The notes beneath the pieces are model-generated. The model did not search any database and had not been told where the DNA came from. It was given only the letters and a program-made list of their open reading frames with translations. From an uncultured delta proteobacterium (GTDB lineage: Bacteria > Desulfobacterota > Binatia > UBA9968): a stretch of DNA of 64,000 nt. The stretch is taken from contig CAVSHR010000005.1 of assembly GCA_963727625.1 (NCBI GenBank), positions 960,001 through 1,024,000 on the forward strand, read 5' to 3'. The position numbers and the translations under genes were made by a program. Positions 19,609-29,313 of the stretch are shown here, piece after piece (within the stretch, counting starts at the first letter, position 1; each line of letters starts with the position of its first letter).

Positions 19609-20547
19609 CTATTGAGCATAAAGTTTCCTGATATAGCCGATATCGTCGATCTCCTTGACATAATGCAAGTCCCAGAGCGCCAGCGGATTAAAGTCTTTGA
19701 TTTCCGGATCGCGTTTCACGCCGAGGGCGAAGACGTTCTGAATCGCTTCGATCGACGGATACGGAACGCTCTCCAACGACTCCGCCTGGTTGTCGTAAAA
19801 ACAATCCCACTCATCGTCGCTGCGCATCTTGAGCAACTCCGAGCAGTGTTCCTGGACGATTTTCAACGTGTCGGCCTTTTTGGTCTTGAAAAAGTGGATG
19901 CCATCGATCAGCGCCATGATCAGCGACCTGCACTCGTCTTCATGCTTATTCACGTACGTGGTGGTCGTCGTCAGTGTCACGCCTTCGATCATCGCCATGG
20001 GCGGCACTTCGATGATCTTGGCGCCGAATTTGAGCGCGCGCAACCGGTCCACCGCTCGGATGAACGTGGCGTCATATTTGCCGTCGAGCACGCCCTTTGC
20101 ACGTTCGGCTCCCTTCACCGGATCGGTAACCAACTCGACGTCGCGCCCTTCTTCCAAACCATGCAGTCTGAGATAAAGCCAGACATTGAGTCCGGTGTGG
20201 CCGTCGTAGTCGTCCATGGCAACCTTCTTGCCCTTGAGATCGGCAAGTCCATTGATACCCTTGCCACAGACCAGAAAGTTCTCGCGCCAAGAGTTGTTGC
20301 TCTGGCCGATATGCACGTAGGGGTCGCCGTTGAGCGCCTTGCGCGCGTAGAGGTTATGATGGTTGCCCGAGACGATGTCGAGATCGCCCGCCTTCAAGCC
20401 CTCGGCAGCGCGTTTGCGCTGGCCTTCGAGCGAGCCCATTTCCATCGACAACCCGTGTTTCTCGAGAAATCCGCCCTCCTCCATCACTTTCCACAGCGGC
20501 ACGTGACTCGGCGCCCGATAATAAATTTTAATTTTCTTCCCAGCCAT
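19609..20547 (-). CDS. NMT1/SsuA-fold binding protein without signal peptide
   Basis: GFLEKHGL, LADLKGKKVA, GLEEGRDVELV, PYPSIEAIQNV; GGAGG RBS precedes ATG at 20547. Confidence 0.8.
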   Translation of the reverse strand: MAGKKIKIYYRAPSHVPLWKVMEEGGFLEKHGLSMEMGSLEGQRKRAAEGLKAGDLDIVSGNHHNLYARKALNGDPYVHIGQSNNSWRENFLVCGKGINGLADLKGKKVAMDDYDGHTGLNVWLYLRLHGLEEGRDVELVTDPVKGAERAKGVLDGKYDATFIRAVDRLRALKFGAKIIEVPPMAMIEGVTLTTTTTYVNKHEDECRSLIMALIDGIHFFKTKKADTLKIVQEHCSELLKMRSDDEWDCFYDNQAESLESVPYPSIEAIQNVFALGVKRDPEIKDFNPLALWDLHYVKEIDDIGYIRKLYAQ

Positions 20548-20708
20548 GATTCCTCCCGCCTTTTCTACAATTGATCGAACGGTTTGAACGGATGCTATTT
20601 CCCCTTGAGCAGTTTCCAAACATTTTCGCGATATTTGCGATCCCCGGTAGCGATCCAATTTAAATTGGTGCCGTCGAATTCCTTAACACGGCCATGAATT
20701 CGAACCCG

Positions 20709-21443
20709 TTAAACCGGCTCTTCATCGAGGAGCTTGCAGTAGTAACGCCAGTTCGATTGGCTATGCACCGACTTGAAGCTGCCACGAGACTTGCCGGCCA
20801 TGATGTCGATGTCTTCTTGGGGAATCGGCCGGGGCGTGCCGAGCAGATTGGCTTGGTAGTTGATCACCGCCGCGTCGTTGAGTTTGATCGCCGTCAGCGT
20901 CGCTTCTTCGATGTTCACTCCGGAGCTGGTAATGCCGTGACCGCGCATGAGGCAGGCCTGTTTGTCACCCATCGCCCGCGCGAATTCCTCGCCGAGCTGT
21001 TCGCTCGACACCGTGATGCTGCGCGGATAATTCGCCAGGCCATCGACGATGAGGCGCAGGCCGGACGGATCATAGGCGCCATACAGTGGCTGAATGGGTT
21101 TGTCACAGATCGTAAATAGCACCACGGTCAACGGATGAACATGCACGACGCATTCGACATCGGGACGGGTTTTATAGAGCCAAGTATGGATGAAGACTTC
21201 CTGCGGCGTTTCCAGTCCGTCATCACCGGCGACTTTTTTGCCGTTGAAGTCGACGGTGATGATGTCGCGCGCGGCGACGAAGCGCAGACCCGACTCGTCG
21301 GGACCGCGCGCTTTGATCAGCACGCGCTCTTCGCCGGGCACCCGCGCGCTCACGTGGCCGCTCGGTTCTTTAGTTAAGTTTAGTTTACCGAGAATGCGGC
21401 AGGACTGCGCGACCCGCGCGCGCAGCTTGGAGATATCACTCAT
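20709..21443 (-). CDS. Class II aldolase/adducin family protein
   Basis: SGHVSARVPG, EVFIH..Y..RPDV..VVHVHP, LMRGHG. Confidence 0.92.
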   Translation of the reverse strand: MSDISKLRARVAQSCRILGKLNLTKEPSGHVSARVPGEERVLIKARGPDESGLRFVAARDIITVDFNGKKVAGDDGLETPQEVFIHTWLYKTRPDVECVVHVHPLTVVLFTICDKPIQPLYGAYDPSGLRLIVDGLANYPRSITVSSEQLGEEFARAMGDKQACLMRGHGITSSGVNIEEATLTAIKLNDAAVINYQANLLGTPRPIPQEDIDIMAGKSRGSFKSVHSQSNWRYYCKLLDEEPV

Positions 21444-21669
21444 AGGTCTGTATCCTCGATTGCAATGGGTCGCGCCGAAAAGCGGCGACGGCCGAATCAT
21501 ATGCGCGAGCTAGCGCCAAGGCAAGCGGTTAGTTTCGGGCATAGCTCGAAATCGACCCGGCGCCGCCATCGGCACGGTGCGGGATCTTCCTCAAACGTTT
21601 TCGCCGACGCCGGAAGAGTGAGACAAAAACCCTCCGGGCTGAGCCGAAGGGCCGATTCGAGACAAGCGC

Positions 21670-22836
21670 TTATTCGTTGACGGCGCGGGGCGTGCGATCT
21701 TGACCGATTTGTTCGATGGACTCCATGAGATGGGTATCGATGAAAGGGTTCTGATGAGCATCGCGAACGATACCCATCGGATCCTGCCCCTGCTGCACTC
21801 TTTTCATCTCGCGGAACATCACTTCACGCAATAGGAGGACGCCGCGGTCGGAACTCGTCAGTCTTTCGGTTGTGCGGTCACAGATCGGCCCCTGAGTTTC
21901 CCAAGCCATGTGGTCCTGCGCCTGCACCGCGTCCATGCGGAATCTGGTGTAGGGATGCAGCGCATCGGGTGGATTCTTGTAAGGCTTGATGTATTCCACC
22001 GGCGGCTCGTCGTTCTCGACGATCTCGCCGTTTTTGCTCGGAAAGAAACGGACGAAATAGACTTTCGTGTGGGTGTCGTCCATCGGCACCCGGATCTGGC
22101 CGACGTTGCCCTGACGCAAGATGTTCGGGAAGAGGACGGGATGCTCGTCGACCATGCCGTTCTTGTAGGTGCGCCGCTTCATCAGACCGTAAGAAACTTC
22201 ATAGAAGTCGAATTCTTGGACGTCATCGGTCAATCCTCGTGTGCTGTCCTGAATCGGCCGGCCGCGGTTGGCGGTATCCTGATGGAGAATCTGCAAATGC
22301 GCCGGATCCATCGAGTTCTCCATCGCTTGAAACCAGTTACAATCGAGCTGCGGCTGGATGAAAATCTTCCGGCGGCCATCCTTGCGAAACCAAACATCGA
22401 AATTGGTAAACAGTGGCGCCGGCTGCGGGCCCAGATAAGCCCAGTACAAACCCACCAGTTCTTGCACCGGGTACGCTTTCTGCTTCACCGTCAGATGGAA
22501 CTTGCTGCTGCACGGCTCCGCGGGCGTCTCCAAGCAGCTGCCTTGGGTGTCGAAAAGCCAACCGTGATACGGGCAAGCCACGCCGCGCTCTTCGACTCGG
22601 CCGTACGACAGCGACGCGCCGCGGTGCGGACAGCGATCGTTCAGCAAACCGACGTTGCCCTTTTTATCGCGGAACAACACCAGCGTCTCGCCGAGTATAC
22701 GAACCAACTGAGTCGGGTTCTCCTCTGTCAATTCGCTCGCCACGCCCACCGGAAACCAATAACGGCGCAACAATTCGCCCGCCGGGGTTCCTGGACCTAC
22801 ACGTGTGAGCCTGTCATTTTCTTCCCGCGTCAACAT
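21670..22836 (-). CDS. Rieske non-heme iron oxygenase alpha subunit (phthalate 4,5-dioxygenase/LigX-like) #1
   Basis: CPHRGAS...CPYHGW; ENSMDPAH..LH; QD..AWETQG. Confidence 0.93.
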   Translation of the reverse strand: MLTREENDRLTRVGPGTPAGELLRRYWFPVGVASELTEENPTQLVRILGETLVLFRDKKGNVGLLNDRCPHRGASLSYGRVEERGVACPYHGWLFDTQGSCLETPAEPCSSKFHLTVKQKAYPVQELVGLYWAYLGPQPAPLFTNFDVWFRKDGRRKIFIQPQLDCNWFQAMENSMDPAHLQILHQDTANRGRPIQDSTRGLTDDVQEFDFYEVSYGLMKRRTYKNGMVDEHPVLFPNILRQGNVGQIRVPMDDTHTKVYFVRFFPSKNGEIVENDEPPVEYIKPYKNPPDALHPYTRFRMDAVQAQDHMAWETQGPICDRTTERLTSSDRGVLLLREVMFREMKRVQQGQDPMGIVRDAHQNPFIDTHLMESIEQIGQDRTPRAVNE

Positions 22837-23131
22837 GCCGTTCTCCTCCGTCGAAATGGATCGTCAACTTCTTCTTCTGCGATTTCAGTTTTCTTTTTTC
22901 GCAAGCAGTCAGTTTAGAAATACTCCACACCGTGTCGGATCATAGACGAATCCGCCCCCTTCGCGCAAGGCCGGAAGCGAAAAAAGCCGTGTAAATTCAA
23001 TAAGTTATATTATGTATGGAATTTTGATACTTTAACGATCGCAGCTGGCCAGGCGCGGCGGGAATTCTTACCGGAAGAAATGGAATGGATTGTCGCCCGA
23101 CGCCAAAACGCGGGCAGAAGAAAATCGAGGG

Positions 23132-24316
23132 TTACGACGCGGCTCGGTCTCGGCTAGGTTGGCGACTCTCGGCGCTCTTGAGCCCGATTCGTTCGTTGAT
23201 CACGCCGAGATCGATCAGCTGGTTTTTTTCCGGATCGCGGAGGATACCCAAGGGGTCGAGTCCCTGACCCACGCGCTCGATCTGCTCGCGCAGAAGTTTC
23301 CTGAGCTCAATGACCCCTTCGTCACCGACGCCGAGGTGTTCCTGCGCTCGGTCGGTCCGCGCCCCTTGGGTTTCCCATGCCATCGAATCCTGCGCCGGAA
23401 TCATATTCATCTTGTACTCACGCGGACCGCTTTTAAGTTGCACGAAACGCAACGGCACCGGCGCGCTTGCCGGCGATCGTTCGGAGTCCATCGGTAAAAA
23501 ATTCACGCGAAACACCTGGGTATGAAAATCGTCCACCGGCACGCGAATCTGTAAATTATGGCGGTGCCCGCTACCCTCATTAAATGGCGCCACGTGCCGC
23601 AACACAGTCGGGAAAAGCAACGGATGATCGTCCACTGCCGGCGCTCCGCCGGTTGCCAACGGTAAAGTCGTGCGGCGTTTTCTGATGCCGTACTCGAAGC
23701 GGATAAACTCGTGCTTCTCGGCGTAGGTTTTCACTGCCGGCACAAAGCGCTCGGTATCGCCGTGGAGCCAAAAAAGATGCGATGGGTCAACGGAGTTCTC
23801 CATCGGCTGGAGCCAGTTGCAATCGATGATCGATTCTTTGACGATCCAGCGCCGGCCGTGCTCCCAAACCAGCACGTCCCAACGCGGCAGCAACGGCGCG
23901 GGCGCGGGACCGAGATACGCGTAGATAAGCCCGCCCAAATACTCCACCGGATAGGCGACATGCCGGATGCGGTCCTTGAACCGGCCCTCGGGCGGCTCGG
24001 CCGGCTGTTCGAGACACTTGCCCGCTCCATTGAATTTCCAGCCGTGATAGGGGCAGCGAATCCCTTCCTCGTCGACGCGCCCGTAGGCGAGGGAAGCCAT
24101 CCGATGCGGGCAATGCTCGCCGACCAAGCCGTACTTTCCCGTCTTGTCCCGATAGACCACCAGCTCTTCGTTGAGAATCTTCACCGCTTTGACCGGTTTC
24201 TCGTCGGTCAGCTCGGCGGCGGCGGCCACCGGATGCCAGTAACGGCGCAATAGCTCGCCGCACGGCGTGCCGCGGTTCACCTGGGTTAGCAGTTCGTTCT
24301 CTTCTCTTGTGAGCAT
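23132..24316 (-). CDS. Rieske oxygenase alpha subunit #2
   Basis: Start MLTREENELL at 24316; CPHR...CPYHGW; ENSVDPSH..LH; QDSMAWETQG. Confidence 0.93.
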   Translation of the reverse strand: MLTREENELLTQVNRGTPCGELLRRYWHPVAAAAELTDEKPVKAVKILNEELVVYRDKTGKYGLVGEHCPHRMASLAYGRVDEEGIRCPYHGWKFNGAGKCLEQPAEPPEGRFKDRIRHVAYPVEYLGGLIYAYLGPAPAPLLPRWDVLVWEHGRRWIVKESIIDCNWLQPMENSVDPSHLFWLHGDTERFVPAVKTYAEKHEFIRFEYGIRKRRTTLPLATGGAPAVDDHPLLFPTVLRHVAPFNEGSGHRHNLQIRVPVDDFHTQVFRVNFLPMDSERSPASAPVPLRFVQLKSGPREYKMNMIPAQDSMAWETQGARTDRAQEHLGVGDEGVIELRKLLREQIERVGQGLDPLGILRDPEKNQLIDLGVINERIGLKSAESRQPSRDRAAS

Positions 24317-24369
24317 ATTCGATTCACCATTCCGATATTTTACGCCGAGAGCCCGTCGACGCTTGCTAG

Positions 24370-25032
24370 TTATTTCTTGTTCAGCATTTGTTCGTAGCCA
24401 AGCTTTTCCAACATTTCCATACCGGAGTGCCCCTTGCGGATGCCGGCGGCCATTTCTTGTTCCTTGGCATAGACCGCTTCCGCCGCCGTCACGACTTCGT
24501 CTTCCTTTTCTCGTGGAATGATCACCACGCCGCTGCCGTCGGCGATCACCAAATCGCCGGGACGGCACTGCACGCCGGCAAATTGAATTTCTTGATTGAA
24601 AGACTCCTGCACGACCCGCCCGCGCGCGGTCATCGGCACCGCGCCGCGCGCGTAAACCGGAAACTCGAGTTCACGTGCCTCGTCGATGTCGCGGGACGCG
24701 CCGTCGATAACCACGCCGCTCAGGCCTTTCAATTTCGCGGAAAGGGCCAGCAAACCGCCCCAGCAGGAGAACTCCAGCTTGCCGCTGTTGTCGATGACGA
24801 TGATGTCGCCCGGCCGTGCCGCCTCGATCGGCGCCGTGCCAAGATGCTGCGTCGGTTGCTCTAGCCCGGCCGGTTTGATTTTCATTGTCACCGCGCGGCC
24901 GACGATGCGCGGGCAATGCCACTGGGGGCGCACGCCCCAAGTCGCGCCTTTCAAACTCAAGCTATCCAACGCATCCGACACCGCGCAGGTGTCGAGCTTG
25001 GCCAAACGTTCGACGATCACTTCTCTAGCCAT
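24370..25032 (-). CDS. RraA/HMG-CHA aldolase family protein (LigK/GalC-like)
   Basis: VSDALD, GRAVT, WGGLL, VIDGASRD, ADGSGVV. Confidence 0.88.
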   Translation of the reverse strand: MAREVIVERLAKLDTCAVSDALDSLSLKGATWGVRPQWHCPRIVGRAVTMKIKPAGLEQPTQHLGTAPIEAARPGDIIVIDNSGKLEFSCWGGLLALSAKLKGLSGVVIDGASRDIDEARELEFPVYARGAVPMTARGRVVQESFNQEIQFAGVQCRPGDLVIADGSGVVIIPREKEDEVVTAAEAVYAKEQEMAAGIRKGHSGMEMLEKLGYEQMLNKK

Positions 25033-25174
25033 TCAATTTCTTTCCGATAAACACCCTTTTCTCATTGCTCATCGCGCCGGGTGTCGTTCCGAGCAACCCG
25101 CAAAATCGGTTTTTTCCAATTCCATCTTGAATCCGAATCAAAACCCGAGACCCAAGATTCAAGACTTGAAACTC

Positions 25175-26131
25175 TTATATCCAGTACGCGAACCCCATCC
25201 CGCAACCGGTCGCCGCCGGGGAGCGATAAGTGGTGACGTATTCAAAGTACTTGAGCTCGCGCTCCTCCATCGCGCCGGCCATGGCGACCCAATTGAGAAT
25301 CTCCGAGGTGCCGCCCCAGAGTCTCTCGCGGGGCAAGCGAAACAGCAGTTCCGATTTCTTGTTTTTGAGCCCTTCGATGGTCATTTGATCGATTTCCTCG
25401 TCGATCACCACGTGGCTCAACCCGCCGGAAGCCATAAGGGCCACTCGCTTTTCACTATCCCAGGATTCGATCGCCTGGCGCAAGGCAAGGCCGAAGTCAT
25501 AGCAGCGCTTGGGCGTCGGTTGGTTCGGCGGGAAATACGTATTCACCATCACCGGAACCATCGGCATTTTACTGCCCGGCAGCACCCTGCGATAAAGAAA
25601 ACTAAAGGCGTGGCCGACGCCGATTTCAGGTCTAAGCTTGTTGCATCTGGTGATATCGAACTCAGCCGCGCTGAGCGCACGGATCAAATGCTCTGCCAAC
25701 GCCGGATCGGTTTCGTACTCGGGAGCAGTGGCCGCCCAACCGCGTTCTTCAGCGTCCTTCCAACCGGCCGGATTGCGCCCGGTGTGCGTCACCACCGGCA
25801 GCGACTTGCCGTGGTAGATAGCGAACATCGGCATGTTGTCGTCGTGAAACTGCTCATGCTGGTCGTCGCCCAAGACAACCACCACATCGGCCATTGCCTC
25901 CCGCAGTGCATCGCCCAAGTTTTTGACCGCTTTAAGGCAAGCTTCGTCGCGTTCTTGAAATTTTTCCCCTGTGAGTTCCTCTTCCAAGCCCGGCTTCGCC
26001 CGTTTGACCAAGCTCGGGTAATCGAGACGCGGGTCGGTCTGGTCTTTCCTAAGCAGATAATCCCAGTCCTTCGCTCTAATGCTCAATTGCGGGCTATGCG
26101 ACGTCGCCATTCCTAGAACGATCTCAGCCAT
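25175..26131 (-). CDS. LigB-superfamily extradiol ring-cleavage dioxygenase (DesZ/gallate-type-like)
   Basis: SHSP, GDDQHEQF, GHAFSF, ASGGLSH, GTSEILNW. Confidence 0.88.
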   Translation of the reverse strand: MAEIVLGMATSHSPQLSIRAKDWDYLLRKDQTDPRLDYPSLVKRAKPGLEEELTGEKFQERDEACLKAVKNLGDALREAMADVVVVLGDDQHEQFHDDNMPMFAIYHGKSLPVVTHTGRNPAGWKDAEERGWAATAPEYETDPALAEHLIRALSAAEFDITRCNKLRPEIGVGHAFSFLYRRVLPGSKMPMVPVMVNTYFPPNQPTPKRCYDFGLALRQAIESWDSEKRVALMASGGLSHVVIDEEIDQMTIEGLKNKKSELLFRLPRERLWGGTSEILNWVAMAGAMEERELKYFEYVTTYRSPAATGCGMGFAYWI

Positions 26132-26292
26132 GTTTAGACCCTTCCTTCGATCCTCGGATGCACGCCATTGTGGCGAAACGTTAACCGACTCAGAACCTGT
26201 ATAAATAAACTTCGCCCGCTGTCAAGCGACGCAGATTTCTCCGAGCCGACTCACGCACCCCCAAACCGATAAAGCCGGGTGAGTCTTTATTT

Positions 26293-26307
26293 TGGCCGCA
26301 TGCTTGC
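26293..26307 (+). promoter_or_regulatory. Candidate sigma54 -24/-12 promoter
   Basis: TGGCCG-CATGC-TTGC (GG-N10-GC) about 160 bp upstream of the ABC operon. Confidence 0.5.
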
Positions 26308-26468
26308 CTAAGGAATAGATAACGATAAATTTACTTTGATGACAGCCACCGGATTTTCTACGACAGCGAGTCTCCGGGACTGGCTAAAAAGACCGCGATG
26401 GCCCGTATTTCGATTGAATCCAACTCAAGTGGTGGCGGCAATCATTTATTTTGATAAAGGAGGTCATT

Positions 26469-27522
26469 ATGCATAGCAACATGACAGGGCGCGTCATCTC
26501 ATTGGTTTTGTTCGGCGGGCTAACGCTCTACCCGGCCATGGGGTATTCCGCTCCGCTGGACCGGTATATCGAGGGCGCCAAGAAAGAAGCTTCCGTGCGC
26601 GTGGGAATCACCATCCGGCAGAAAGTCCAAGGGCAAGGTCGCCGGACAAAAATATTTAGACGCGTTTGAAAAACGCTACCCGTTCTTGAAAGTCAAATTC
26701 AAAAGAATCGGCGGAGCTCGAGAGCGCAATCGAATCATTTCTGAGATGGCTGGCGGGGTCGTGAATTTTGACGTTGCCACGGTGAGTGAAACCATGATCC
26801 CGACGATCGTGGATGCAAAATTGGTGCAGGTTGTCGATTGGAAAAAACTCGGCGTACCCGAAGCGCTGCGCCATCCGAAAAATATCGGCGTGACCCTGCG
26901 CACCCCGGTATTCGGCATCGCCTACAATCGCGATTTGATCCCGGACAACGTCGCCAAGACCTTCACCTGGGAAACCTGTACCGACCCAAAATGGAAAGGA
27001 AAAGCCGCCACGGACGACCGTCCGCGACACTTGAACGAGCTCTATTACGCCTGGGGTAAAGAAAAAACACTGGATTATGCCAAGCGTTGGGCCGCCAATA
27101 AGCCGGCCATGGAGCCGAGCCGTTCCACCGGAGCGCAAAAACTGGCTTCGGGGGCGTACCATTTGATCTGCGGCATGCCGCGCCGGCAGGTGAAAGACCT
27201 CCAGGTTTACGGCGGCAACAAATCCATCGGCATCGTATACCCGGAACCCGTCCCGGTTGGCATCGGCGATCTCATCTTTGTGACCCAGAAGGCCAAGAAC
27301 CCCAACGCGGCGACGCTGTTCGTGCAATGGACAACCACCCCGGAAGCGCAAAAACTTTTGGATGACGTGGATTTTTCCGGCCACCCCTCGTTCGACGGCA
27401 GCGATGTCAACCAGATCGTCAAAGGCAAGAAAGTCGCGTATGGGACATGGGAGCAGGCCGCTGAGTCCGACAAGGTTCTCGCTGAGATTCTGCAAGCCAT
27501 GGGTTTTCCGGTCGTCCGTTAG
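26469..27522 (+). CDS. ABC transporter substrate-binding protein (Fe3+/thiamine/polyamine type) with a frameshift near 26630
   Basis: Signal peptide and IEGAKKE in one frame; GKVAGQKYLDAFEKRYPFLKV...IAYN...DPKWKGK...AKNPNAA.LF continues in another frame. Confidence 0.8.
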
Positions 27523-27543
27523 GATTCAGCGCCGCTCACAAAC

Positions 27544-29307
27544 ATGGAAGCTGTGGGAGCGTCTCGAACTGTATCCGTGCGACTGGCATGGATGCGCCAA
27601 CGGGTCGCGCCGAATCTATTTTTCGGCGCTGTCGTGCTCGTCTTGCTCTGGTTGATTTTGGTTCCTCTGGGGCAGTTGATTCTCAACAGCTTCCGGACCG
27701 GGCATCCCGCCGTCCCGACACCGTTCACACTGCAAAACTATATCGTCGGCTTCGCCAATCCTCTGACCTATCAGATGATTTGGAATACGCTGTACTTCGC
27801 GACGGCGGGAACCCTGCTCACCGTTTCCATAGCCGTGCTGTTTGCCTGGCTCACAGAACGAACCGACATGCCTTGGCGCAACCTGGCCTGGAGCCTGCTG
27901 TTGGTACCGTTGGCGATGCCGGGATTCTTATTCGCCATGGCCTGGATATTCCTACTGGATAATCGGATCGGCATCGTCAACATTTGGCTGCGCGCGCTCT
28001 TTGCGTCGCTTGGTTGGGACATGGCGACCGGCCCCATTAATATCTACTCGATGGGAGGCATGATTTATCTCGACGGCCTGAGGGGCGTCACCACGGTTTT
28101 TTTGCTGGTCGTCGGCGCCTTCCGGGCCATGGACCCGAATCTCGAAGAGGCGGCGCGCATCGCCGGCGCAAGAGCCTGGACGACCTTTCGTCGCATCACC
28201 ATGCCGACGCTTCTGCCCGCGATCCTCGCCGCCTTCCTGTATTCGTTTATATCCTCCATGGAGTCCTTCGAAGCTCCGCTGCTCGTGGGACTGCCCGGCG
28301 GTATTTATGTCTATAGCACCATGATCTACTTCTCTACCCGGCTCATGCCGAGCTTCGGTCTCGCGGCCGCATTTGCCGTCAGTTACTGCGTTCTCGCCAT
28401 CTTCATGGTGGTCATCTATCAGCGCGTTGCGTTGAGGCAGACCGAGCGATTCGCGACGATCACCGGCAAAGGCTATCGTCCCCGGGTCACTCGTTTGGGC
28501 CGGTTGCGTTGGCCGGCCTTCGGCCTTTTTGCCGGCTATTTTTTTCTCGCGGTGGTGCTACCGCTCTTCATTCTGATCTGGGCGGCGCTATCGCCGAATT
28601 ACAATCAACCCAATTGGGAAGGGCTCAGCGCGCTTAGTTTTGACCATTTCCGCCAGCTGTGGGACGAGCCGGGAATCTGGCAAGCGACGTGGAATACGGT
28701 GGTGATTACGCTCACGACGGCAACGGTCACCGTGCTGCTCTCCTTTTTCGTTTCATGGATCGTGGTTCGAACGCAAATCCGCGGCCGCATGCTGCTAGAC
28801 GGCCTGACCTTCCTCGCTCATTCGGTTCCCGGCATCGTCATCGCGCTCGCCTTTATCTTTGTCTATCTCCAGGAGCCGTTTCGCTCTCTCCATCTTTACG
28901 GCACAGTATGGATTGTCTCCCTCGCGCTGATTACCCAGTATATTGCCTTCACGAGCCGCACCACGAACGCCGCGATCGCCCAAATTCATAAGGAGCTCGA
29001 AGAGGCGGCGCGCATTTCCGGCGTCGGTCGCATCACGACTTTGATTCGTGTCACTCTGCCGTTGGTGCTGCCGGCTTTTGCCGCTGCCTGGATTTGGGTG
29101 GCGGCCCACGCGGTACGATCCTTTTCCGTGCCGGTCATGCTTGCCAGCGAGGGCAACTGGACGCTGTCCGTCATATTGTGGCAAATCTGGGACGATCAAA
29201 ATGCCCTGCCCCTGGCGGCCGCGCTGGGTGTGATTTTTATTCTCAGCGTCGCAGTTTTAACTTTCCTTGGACGCCGTTTAATCGTCAAGGCGTTTTCCGT
29301 AGAGTAA
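27544..29307 (+). CDS. ABC transporter permease (FbpB-like, duplicated domain)
   Basis: Highly hydrophobic; two EAA motifs (LEEAARIAGA, LEEAARISG). Confidence 0.93.
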   Translation: MEAVGASRTVSVRLAWMRQRVAPNLFFGAVVLVLLWLILVPLGQLILNSFRTGHPAVPTPFTLQNYIVGFANPLTYQMIWNTLYFATAGTLLTVSIAVLFAWLTERTDMPWRNLAWSLLLVPLAMPGFLFAMAWIFLLDNRIGIVNIWLRALFASLGWDMATGPINIYSMGGMIYLDGLRGVTTVFLLVVGAFRAMDPNLEEAARIAGARAWTTFRRITMPTLLPAILAAFLYSFISSMESFEAPLLVGLPGGIYVYSTMIYFSTRLMPSFGLAAAFAVSYCVLAIFMVVIYQRVALRQTERFATITGKGYRPRVTRLGRLRWPAFGLFAGYFFLAVVLPLFILIWAALSPNYNQPNWEGLSALSFDHFRQLWDEPGIWQATWNTVVITLTTATVTVLLSFFVSWIVVRTQIRGRMLLDGLTFLAHSVPGIVIALAFIFVYLQEPFRSLHLYGTVWIVSLALITQYIAFTSRTTNAAIAQIHKELEEAARISGVGRITTLIRVTLPLVLPAFAAAWIWVAAHAVRSFSVPVMLASEGNWTLSVILWQIWDDQNALPLAAALGVIFILSVAVLTFLGRRLIVKAFSVE

Positions 29308-29313
29308 ATCACC

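Noticed and set aside
24686-26116. 476-aa plus-strand ORF and similar long antisense ORFs (19612, 21910, 33394, 44606, 46489, 49420)
   Set aside because: They lie antisense to well-supported genes, have no motifs, and are expected shadows in GC-rich DNA.
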